Below the pieces are notes generated by a model. That model was not told the origin of the DNA and made no database searches. It saw only the letters and a program-made list of their open reading frames with translations. A program made the position numbers and the translations under genes. Below, one piece after another: positions 1 to 10,876 of a DNA stretch of 64,000 nt. This stretch comes from Trichosphaerium sp. ATCC 40318 (Eukaryota > Protista > Tubulinea). The stretch covers positions 82,040-146,039 of the forward strand of contig JALMLS010000196.1 in the NCBI GenBank assembly GCA_038496445.1. Direction: 5' to 3'. The number at the start of each line of letters is the position of its first letter. The stretch's first letter is position 1.

Positions 1-2085
1 ATACCTGACATGTGAAAATAACTCTACGTGCCTGTACAAATCTTACAACATCAAGAGTAACTATAAGACTCAAAGGAATAAGATAACTCAATATTACAAA
101 GTAACTGAAAAAGTTTTTCATAGCTTGGAATTCTGGATTGCTTGGTGCTAAACCAATATGTTCAAGGAACCTTCCTTTCTAATTATGCATAAGATAGAAC
201 AACCAAAACCTTGACATGTATTTACTTACCTCAAAGAAGTATCCCATGATTGTTACAAAGAGGCATAGTAATATTTTGAAAGCGAACACAGCAATAATGT
301 ACTTATTGAGGTTTACATCCTTCGTGCATTTTAGTGAATTATGTGAAAAAAATGAAACATTTCGCTTTTGTTCTTAAACTAGTGTACCAGCGTTGAAAAT
401 TTAGATGGTGGTGATCTCTGATTCATCCCAAGCTTACTTTCAGGTCCAGCATAAACACAAACACCAGCAATCCAATCTGTGTTACGAGATGTCGATCCCT
501 TTTTAAAGATAAGTGACTTTAAAACTTGATAACAATCTCCGTACCATCAATAAGAAATTATCTTTTGAAAGGGTTATATGCTTGCTTTCATCTCCATCAT
601 TAGTAAGTGTCATGGCACCTAGTATTTTATGTAAGCTTTACAACATAGTTAAGTTTCAAGAGTCTAGAGATTTTGTTACAAAGCAATATTATTGAATGCT
701 AAGTCCAATTGAAGTACAACAATAAATGGATTCATAGTGTGCCTTTAAAGTCATATAAACTAGGAGACGGATCATTACAAGTAATTCGTCCTCTTAGCGT
801 GCTAAGTTCGTATATAGATAACCCAGCTGTCTCTGCTGGACATCTTCTTGGCTTCAAGTTTGTTTCTCTGTAGCAAGTTATTACCATCAATTATTAGTGG
901 AGTGACTGATGTACCCATCCAATTGAGCAGTTTCTATGTATGAAATACCGTCATCGCTAGATGCTGTAAGGAGTACCAAATCAGCAGGTATAATTTCGTC
1001 AGCACGAACTACAACAATATCCCCAACTTGAAGTTCAAAACTGGCAACTGAAACCAATTGCCTATTTGCGAACAATTAAAAATTACAATTAATCTCATTG
1101 TACGAACCCTGTATCATGTTCTACCACCGCTCGCTTTTCTTTGTTTACTTTAAGATCCGCTTGTAACCTAAGCTGAACAAAAACATGAATACAAGCACAT
1201 TGTGATACTTGTAGAAAACAAGAAAAACAAACAACGAAAGGTGTACCCAATCTTCATATGCTTCTCTGATTGCAGAGACTCCTATTATAAATAACAATCC
1301 ACTAAAACTCGTCCAAGGATCGATGGGTGATATTGCAGGTATAGCAACAACAACACAAACAGCTAGAAAATAAATAGACGTCATTTTCCTGAACTGCTCA
1401 AAAAGCACCTAATAATTGTAAAAAAAAAACAAAACCGCCTTTGTTGGAGTGCAAACAAAAAGCACGTGACTTACTTTAGGTAAGTATGACCATAATGTAT
1501 ATCTATATAACGTTAATATGTTATTGAAAGACTTATAGAGCGTACTTGGTCGTATATAACGCATTTTCAGGAAAGTTACGTGTGGCGTTATCGGCAGGAT
1601 TGTTCAAAGTGATCACTAGCGAAAATACATGAGTAAGCAGGCGATTAAAATGTAAATTAATAATATTACGCACCAGGGTAATTACCCTTTCTACCACCTT
1701 GTAAAAATTTCTTGTCTGTCCTTGTAGTGATTCTACCCATCGTTTGGTTCACTTCTATTGGCATTCTGTCTCTAAACAATATTTTTTGTAAAGCCGTTGG
1801 CAAAAATCGTACGACAGAGCGCGTTTAAGAGCGTATATAATCGATAGCGACGTACTTGACCATTTTTAAAGGATTTTTTGTTTTATTTCGCCGTTTCGCC
1901 TTTCTCGCTGTCATCGGCGTGAGACTACGATCGGAGGTATCGGTTGTTTCGCTATCTATGCGTACGTACACGTTAAATTGGAAAGGTCAGTGATATTTTC
2001 TAGGCATACGAGCATTGGCGAGCGGCGTTGGCACCACCGCATCGGCTTGCACGTCTGTGCTATTAATTTCTGACTCACCACTCAT
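1..2085 (-). CDS. P4-type ATPase (phospholipid flippase), 5' part; runs off the window start
   Basis: Spliced exons give [71 protein letters not shown] and [11 protein letters not shown], typical of P4-ATPases. Start ATG 2085 is tentative. Confidence 0.92.
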
Positions 2086-2422
2086 ATTTTGGTACAAATG
2101 ATTCAAATACCCATTAATGTGACTCTTTCTCGTTTAATACGGTACCTTGATCGGATAAACTATTTAATAACGCCCAAATTCGTGAATTTTCAGTATTTCC
2201 GTTTTAGCCTCAACACAGGCATTAGGCAGATTAGCAGATTACTTTCTTGCTCATTGGCGTACTGAGTAAGATAACGCGTTTCCAGCTCACTACGAGCATA
2301 TGAAACTTATAGTCACCTTGAACAAGGAAACCATCTTTACTGTGTACAGTGGTGTCCATGTATTGTGTTTATTTACAAAAAAGGGTACTACAACCCACGT
2401 GACGTGTATCTTTTTTTGGAAA

Positions 2423-3969
2423 TTAATCGTAAACAAGTATTGGAAATGATAAGCCATCAAAACCCAACTCACAGTCTAATCCGGTTTTCTTGAGTTCAGC
2501 AAGTTCTGGGTTGACTTTGTTATAATCTATACCATGTGATAATCCAATAAAGTAAGTTTTTTTAGCCTTCAATTCTCTAGCTGCTTCAATGCTTTGTTTC
2601 AAACAAAAGTGAGATCTACGCTGTGTTACTCTTACTTCTGATAAGAAATCACTTACGAATGAGGTTCATCATACTTTAGAGCATCTATTATAAGTATACC
2701 AATGCCCTTAGGTAACCCTTTAAGCATTGTCATAACATCATCTGGTATTCTTGATACATCCGATATGTAAACCATGTTGCCAAAAATAAAGGCAGTACAA
2801 TCCGAGTGAGCACCATGCTCCACCTCAAAAGGCTTGAAATTTAAACCTACAAAAAGTTTATGTTATACAGTGTTACACAGGTGAACTGCCATACCACAAA
2901 CATTAAAGGCTTCACCATCTTTAAAAGTGTTAAACTCAATATTCGAAACATACATACTCGTTGGACCCTTTGATTGCGTTTAGCAAAGCTATCATTCCTC
3001 GATAATTCAAAAAACGTACAGTCACTTTGTTTATCAAGTAAGGAAATACACTTGCTATTTTAGGCATATAAATATCCTGTAAGTGTACAGGTATAGATTT
3101 CTGTACACGCTTTTCTGATGTAGTTTTTGTAATATCCATACAAAACTCTCTGAGATCATCAAGCCCAAAACAAGCATCAGCATGATGATGTGTTAAAATT
3201 ACTCCATCTATCTCAGAGAATTTATGTTCAAGCATACGCTCTACCAACAAATAAGTAAAAATTCAAAATCGGGAAAATGTACATAATTTATGACACGTGT
3301 CAAAAAACAGGGCATGGGAATTGTCATGTGCGTACTTAGTATAGCTTCACGAAATGTTTTTCCTACATCTATGATGATATTTTTCCCTTTGTATTGTACA
3401 AGAAGAGAAGGATTCCGTCGAGTATTTTTGCTACCAGGTACATTCAATGCATCAGTACAACAGCTGCACATGTTCGCTGACTAGAAAAGGCATGTGAGAA
3501 TAAACTGTTGTTAGACAGTGCTGTACACTCACAGCACGGAGACATGGTATAAAGGGGACACCAGATGAGCTTCCAGAACCAACAAGAATGGCTTTCGCTA
3601 CCTCTATGTTTATATTTAGTGAGCGAGTTTTTTTTGCGTGCTAGTACCGTGTTTAGGCGTAAGAGGTGAGGTTGTAACATTGAATATCTCCCCCAACCGG
3701 TTTGTGAACGTAGGCAAGTCTTTGTTGTAAGTACGCGATCCATTGACGGTGAAATAGTATTTTACAGCGCAATTGTGCGTAGAAGATGCCAATTGTACCC
3801 TTTTGCGAAGGGTTACACGATTGAAAATACACAAGTGACTGTACTTAGTTCTAAATACTCCGTTCTCCTCTGTAAGTTGTATGGTAGATGTAAAATCGTC
3901 CCATTGACCTGAAATGCTGACTGTTTTGGCTTCGTGTTCCCACGTTATCTCCACAGCTTCACTGGCCAT
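2423..3969 (-). CDS. PhnP-like metallo-beta-lactamase hydrolase with N-terminal CBM48/AMPK-beta glycogen-binding-like domain
   Basis: N-term VEITWEHEAKTVSISGQWDDF...YYFTVNG is CBM48-like. A 44-nt intron (3604-3647) joins it in frame to ILVGSGSSSGVP, RRNPSLL, IIIDVGKTFRE, THHHADACFGLDDLR, YISDVSRIP and the C-terminal GFDGL. Confidence 0.85.
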
Positions 3970-4071
3970 TTTCCACGCGTAAGGAGTGTTGTAACAGTAT
4001 TGGCGTTGACCACTAGTGGTTTTTTTCAGAAAAAAGTAACAATTGTGTAAAGGCTTGTGCTCCATAACAAT

Positions 4072-4720
4072 ATGGATAATTCGTCATGTCGCAGTAGTAG
4101 GTGTTAGATAGGCAATTGTTAACTTATAATTATTATCTAGAGGTAAATGAAGATGCCGTTACGTTACTAGAGCTTCCACATGAACTCCAGAGGCTTATTA
4201 GCGAATACTCTGCTGAAACATTCAGTAAATATAACTTATTATCAAAAAAAGCCGCCGTTGGCACTCACTTTGACGAAGACCTGCGCAAACATGGCCTGTG
4301 GATTCATTGGCGTGGCGATGAGCGCATTTTAGTTGGAAGCTGGAGAAATGGAGTTAAGCATGGCACGTGTTTGTTAGGATTGATTTTAGGTTTTCTCATT
4401 TTTCGTGTGTAGGAACTTGGACAACTTTCTGTGGTAGGAAGTGTAAAATAACCACATGGAACTCTGGTGTACAGCATGGTCCATACAAAGAATGGAACTT
4501 TTCAGGTGTAGTGTTTGAGCAAGGATCAAAAAAATGGGGCAAAGATGATGGCGTTTTTGAGCAATATCATATCAATGGAAAACTAGCTATACAAAGTAAC
4601 TATAAGGATGGGAAACTTGAAGGTGAGTATAAAGAGTGGTGGCTTTCGGGTAAGATCCGCATGCATTGCTTCTACAAGGAGGGCGTTGTAGAACGTTGGG
4701 TGGAAGGTCAAAGTATATAG
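4072..4720 (+). CDS. F-box-like protein with MORN-variant (MORN_2/YwqK-like) repeats
   Basis: LLELPHELQRLISEY (F-box-like), then repeats NGVKHG, NSGVQHGPYKEW, GKDDGVFEQYHINGKL and YKDGKLEGEYKEWWLSGK. Confidence 0.75.
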
Positions 4721-4930
4721 ATGCATAACTTACATTGGCAATGGTATTACTCTATTGTTGGGCTTTGTCGCAATTTAATGGCAGTAAATAAACTCAACAC
4801 TACAATGCTATCCTTTTTAAACGAAAGTTCAACTTTGTACAAACGCACTCGTTCACTGAAGGCCAGTGTTCCTACAACATTCTCATTTTTTGAGTTTATT
4901 GTCAACGGTTTATTAATAAACCTTCATTAC

Positions 4931-6163
4931 ATGAATAACAACAAATCAACATCTTCGTTATACTATGCTCAATGTGCTGTGGGAGGAGCCTTGGCATGTG
5001 GACTAACACACTCAGGTAATGAAGATAATTACTATTAGACAACAAATTGAACTGTTAGCAATTACACCACTTGATGTTCGCAAAGTGCGAAAGCAGATTA
5101 ATATGCCTTCAGCGCATTATCAGCTCCGGTCACTATGGAGACAGCACGGATTAAAAGCGTTAACTGTAGGTTGGAATCCAGCTCTTATAGGTTATGCACT
5201 CCAAGGTACTTTTTAATAACTTAGTGTCCTATGTATTCTAAAATTGGTAGGTACCGGGAAGTATGGTTTCTACGAGGCAAGTTGATGCTTTGGTTTTGTT
5301 TTTTTCTAATTTTCTCGGAAGGTGTTTACACGGATGTATGCCAATCAGGTTGGTCCCGATGCCTATAAGTATAAGGATCTTATCTACTTGGGTGCTAGCG
5401 CTTCTGCGGAATTAATAGCGGACGTAATGCTATGTCCTTGGGAATCTATTAAGGTATACAGACAGTAACTGAATTTATCAACTACCAAGCAATGTATAGG
5501 TACAAATGCAAAGTGCAAAACCTGCAAGTGTGAATCCAGGCATGATTTCAACAATGTCCAATATGTATGCCAGGAATGGTTTCGCAGGGTACGTTGTTTT
5601 GCTAACAACTTACAGTTTTGTTTTTAAAGAAAATTCCAGGTTCTTTTCTGCTCTTGGACCTCTGTGGGGTAGACAAGTACCTTACACTATGATGAAATTC
5701 TGGAGCTTTCAAAGGAGTGTAGACGCAATCTATAGTGTACTTCCAAAGAACAAACAGGATATGAGTGGTGCAGAAAAACTCTGTGTAAGTTTCGCAGGCG
5801 GATATTTGGCAGGAATATTTTGTACACTTGTATCTCAACCTCTGGATACTGTAGTTTCGGTCCTTAATGCAGAGAAATTAGCAGGAAAAAATACTTCTAC
5901 TTTACAAATAATGAAACGACTTGGACCAATAAAGATATGGTCTGGACTTGGAGAACGAAGCACGTGTTTACAATAGTATGCAATAGAAACTAACAAAAAA
6001 TAGTATTGATGATAGGTACACTCACGGCGCTACAATGGCTTATCTATGACTCATACAAGATAGCGGTTGGCCTGTAAGTAGCTCGCAACATTGTTCATAC
6101 ATTCACGTTTTTTTCTTACCTCAGTCTAGTGAAGTTACATCAGGGATTAAAAAACCAGAGTAA
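4931..6163 (+). CDS. Mitochondrial phosphate carrier (SLC25A3/Mir1/Pic2 family)
   Basis: GGALACGLTHS-AITPLDV, GWNPALIGYALQG, YGFYEVF, ASASAELIADVMLCPWESIK, PLWGRQVPYTMMKF, SFAGGYLAGIFCTLVSQPLDT and MIGTLTALQWLIYDSYK. Confidence 0.95.
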
Positions 6164-6390
6164 ACCATTTCTCTCAAGCTTTAATATTCAATCAAGATAT
6201 ACAACACCTTTATTTCCAGAAGGGCTCAGCACTCCTTTTGGCACTCCGTCATGCACTTCCTTGTGTTTTCTATTTACAATAAAACAGCTTTCTTTACATT
6301 ACTACACGAGGAACTGATGTTCTACATGACGCGTGAAGTAATCATTTTTCTGGGTTTCTTTTTTTTTTCTTGTAGTTCTATTCAGTAGGT

Positions 6391-7273
6391 TTATAGCCTT
6401 CCTTTGTATTTACGAATACGATCAGCTGGTTTATAACTTATTCGTTGACCGATAACCGCATAGACCTTTCCGTTTACCCAAAATTGAAAGACACTACCGC
6501 GTTTTGGTACACCTAACAAAGACGTCATTACAAATCAAAAGTGTCACAAAAATCTTTCAAAAAAAGAGCTTACATTTTAGGCGGTTCTGTGCCGTCACAA
6601 TCTTAAATAGATTCTCTGTTTCTATTAGTATTATACCTTCTAATCCAATGAGCTGAGGGCTCCTGGCTTTATGAACTAAGAGAGATGAGACAGGGTTTTT
6701 CAAATTTTAAACTATTAAGGACGTACCACGCGTATGTGCACCGTGATAGTCAGATTTTAGAAAGCGTATAGCAAACTCGTCACTTTGATGTAAAATGTCA
6801 AAATTTCTCACATTAAATCGTTTGCAGCGTACCCTCTGCTACCTTCCATAACTTTGGAGATGTATTGCTTCCATAAATTATTCAAAGGAAGGTAATCTGA
6901 GTACCTAGTAGTTTGTTTGTAACAAGCGGCGTAAAAGACGTAAAAAATAGTTTCAATACGTACACCAACACTTTTGGTAGCGCAAAAAAGCCTTTTTGCT
7001 TCCTTTCACGCGCTGTAATTTGTTTTAATTTCCTTCTCTTCGCTGGCCTCCCATGGCGTATTCTAGGCTTCAGGACAACATCATTTATCTTTGGCATTAG
7101 CCGTTCGATTTCTTACCAACATTTTAACGTAAAGCACCGTTTTTTATCATACCTTGCTGTTTAGTATCAGTAGCAACCTGCGCTACGTAATTAGCCATCT
7201 CTTCATTATCATCTCTGGCATTTGGCCTTTTACCACCGTCGAGTGGTTTATACAAAGAACTAGATGCTGCCAT
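6391..7273 (-). CDS. POP4: RNase P/MRP subunit p29 (POP4/Rpp29)
   Basis: Spliced product includes YLPLNNLWKQYI, DYHGA, KARSPQLIGLEGIILIETENLFKIVT, VPKRGSVFQF and YKPADR. Confidence 0.85.
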
Positions 7274-7387
7274 GGCGAGTACTAACGCGTTTGATGCTCA
7301 AAAGACCAAGACAGACTTTGTACGTAACAACCGAAATTCAAAAAAAAAAATTACTCATACTGAAAGAGTTGTATTTGTACAAGAGGT

Positions 7388-10300
7388 TTACAAGATGGAT
7401 GTGGGCAACAATAGCCATAAAGATAGTATGAAGCAGTTCACGATTGATAGTAAGACGACAAGTGGATTTCCAGAGCATCTGTAAGGCCAAACAGGGAAGA
7501 ATTGTTCAGAGAACATACTCTCATGGCTGTAAAACAGTGCACCAAATCCTATCAATGATACGAACCAAAACAACTTGTACATAAAGGTAGGAACGCCCCT
7601 AGAAGAATTATTAGACCACTTAATAATAACCTCTAGGATAAGACATACCTGCAGAAACAGCAACACATGGAGTAAAGGTAGTAAGAAGTACGCATATACG
7701 CATTGAGGAATATTACTATCCACGCAGTTGTAAAATCTGCTTGCAACCAGCTCCAAGCCATTATAACTTTTATACTTTGTTAGTAAACATGTAATGATAA
7801 TTTTAAAGTTATTTAAAAACAGTTCACGTACCAAAAGTCACATGATACCACACGTGAGCAAATCCAGTAGACTCTCGCTTAAAAATACGGAAAAAAGTGT
7901 CAAGGCGCTCAAAGTGTTTGTACAAATAAAATTGGTAGAACCAAAACAACATGAGTTCTACAACAACAATAAGCCTCAATTATCCAAATTGCAAATTTTT
8001 TTCTTTTGTTCAAAAAACAAGCGTACCGCTTGGTGCCTCTTTGTAACAAAAAAATGATTCGACATCCTCAAAACCATTATTGAATTGCTCATAAGCGCTG
8101 TACGTTATACCACCACATATGATAGCAGACCAAAAAAAGTTGACAACATGATAAGGAAATCTAAAAATAATCATGCTGCTGGGACTCTTTCCTTTCCTAT
8201 ATTCATAATGTCAATGCATATATAACTTACTTTTATCATACCTGAATTGAGTAAATATCATCGCACATACAAGATACAAGAGCGTTGTGAAAACTGGGAA
8301 GTCCCAAGTCGTCATTGGCCAATCAGTTCCTTTAAATGTTGCCAAGTTATGTACCCACTTTATTGATACACCATACTCTTGGGCCAAGCCCTCAAGTTGC
8401 CACAAAATATCGCTTGTACCGGCACTTCCAGACATCAAGTCATAAACTAACTCAGAATTTGCCACTATTAAAAAGTTGTGAGTAACAAAACGCGTTTTAT
8501 ATGCACTGTAAGCGTTACCTGAATCGTATATACTTCTAAATGTATTCACAAAACCTTCTGCTGAAAAGAACTCATTTGCTTGATGTGTTAAATGAACACC
8601 AAATGTCTCCGCCTCACTGAGAATAACGTCCATGTCAAAATTTCCTGAACATAAAAAGTGAGCGACTGACCATACCACAAAAATGTATTTGTACGTGTAA
8701 AGGCGTAGTATCCAGCACCACAAATAATACCAACAAACATGAGTAGGAAAAAAATAAATGAGATCCAACCTACGTGACATACTTAGTTTACATTTAAACA
8801 ACCAAAACAGTTTTTTTTTGTTAACTCACCTCCTTGCTTTTCTATTTTAGTAGCTGCAATGAGTTTATCTGAACCACAAGACAATACTGTTGTGTCATCA
8901 GGAGAAATAGCGACACCTATTCTTCGTTATATTTTTTATATAGCTTTTGTTTAGTACCTGTAATTACAAAGCCATGAACGTCTTTGATCATAATTCTTTT
9001 CAAAGTTGTTGCATCAACCACTGCAATCTTTCCTTTGTTACTACCCAGAGCGACTAATCCGCCTGTACTACTCAAAGCTAGCGCTGTAATTTGCGTTTTC
9101 ATAACATTTTCTTTCTGTCAAACAATCAGCGAAAGTGTCAAACAACTAGCAAACTTACTTGTATTAACTGCCATGTACGCGTACTCCATTTACACAACAA
9201 TCCTTTCATTTTCCCCTGAAACCCTCTAGTATAAAGCACTCGGCCGCTGGGCGAAAATCTAGAGCCTTTAAGAACAACGTATCATCAAAGGCTCAAGCGT
9301 ACTTGCAACCCATAAATTTTAAACCAGGTTGAGATATCTCTGCAATGAGGTCTCCTGTGTGCATGTTCCATATTTTACAACACTGTTCAGTAACTGTAAC
9401 TGCCTTTGATTGAGTGAGCATTGTCTTTTTTAATAACTTTGTGACACTTACCGTCGTACACTCACGGTTTATTGTCAAATCTAAAATAGCATGCTCATGC
9501 GCTTCTATTTGATCTATTTGGTGCATCTCTGGTGTCCAAACACGCACGTGACCATCTTTACCAGCGGTGTAAATCTCATCACCATAACCTGTATTAACCC
9601 AAGCCACTGCTCGCTATTCAAATATTAGGATTAATCATTTTGACTCATTTTTTGTACTTGGCGACCCTTTGTCTCTCTGTCCATATGCGCTTTTACTTCC
9701 GCTTCTGTAAAGTCAAGAAATTGTCTATTGATTATTTAAATAACCTCAAAAGGCGCTATGTAAAATTACCTGTTCAGTTTTTCTATGTAAGCGCGTTTCA
9801 TGTTCTTTAAAAAATACGTTAAAAGTTAAAAAGCAAACAGTGAACAAACCTCATATTTTTCTCCTGACGCTTTAATATCAGTTTCTACTCTTGCAATAGC
9901 TTGTTTGAGTCTGTTGTTTTCTATGTTGTAAACACAACATGTCTCGTCAATACCAACAGCCACCTTCCTGCCCTACACAACGTTATTTAACGAGACGTAA
10001 CATATTTAACAATATATACCTCAGGATGCAATGCAAGATTCAATGGCTGACGTTGCCCAGTTTCGATTGATGACACTGTACGAATGCGACCATCCTGATA
10101 ATGGAGTATATCCTAGTATTGTTTTGATTAATAATTGATTGTAAAGTCGAAAAAAAAAAATTCTCTAAAAGGGAGTTTCAATTTTAGACTTTAAAACGTT
10201 TAAAATGATTACCACTGCGTTTGGGACGCCTGTACGAGATGCTCCGCCGCCTCTGGCGACAATAACGTGTCCAGTACTAGAACAGACTATTGAGTGACAA

Positions 10301-10653
10301 GGAGCCTGTACTTCCACTTGAGGCATCCATGAGCTGAAAAATAGGGGTTCCTTTACTTCATTTAGCGCCTGTCATACAAAATTCGCTAATGGTACCTCTT
10401 GTTCTGCTTTAGGGGCATTGGAGACGCCATTTTGAGGTTTTCTTTCAATTGAAGATGGCGCTTTAGGAAGAGAATTTGTTGTAAGCTGTCCATTAGCGCC
10501 AATTGGTGGAGCATTAAGCGTTAGAGGGGTTTGTTGTATTTTGCGAGCACCATTTGGCTGCAACGTGTTTTTTGCTTTTAACCTTTCGTTGTCACCACCA
10601 TTCGGTTCGCCAGTTTTTCTTTGACGACGCCTCTCTAGCGCTCTTTGGCGCAT
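7388..10653 (-). CDS. SEC12: Sec12/PREB-like WD40 GEF with TM anchor, fused in frame to a degenerate ELO (GNS1/SUR4) elongase-like domain
   Basis: K-loop-like RGGGASRTGVPNAV, WD40 repeats and TM WISFIFFLLMFVGIICGAGYYAF. After intron 8645-8694 the frame continues into WPMTTWDFPVFTTLLYL, FYLYKHFERLDTFF, FAHVWYHVT and LNAYMRTSYYLY. Confidence 0.75.
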
Positions 10654-10876
10654 TGTTATATTGAGAAATGGTTTGTTTTTTGAAAAAAATGTGCTTTTGT
10701 AAAAAAAACCGGCAGGTAATTCAAGGCTTGGCTGTCTCCCCACCTGTTGAATTCGTTACCATTTGTGAAGCCTACTTAGCCTACAAGTCTATGTGTTTCA
10801 AGGCTACCATTCATGACCGGTTTTTTATAGAGCTTCTATTAACGCAGTTAACGCCGCAATTTTTGTTGAAAGAAGT

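Noticed and set aside
3160-3200. HxHxDA instead of HxHxDH as a sign of an inactive MBL
   Set aside because: H.HADA..GLDDLR is the normal variant in eukaryotic PhnP-like proteins.
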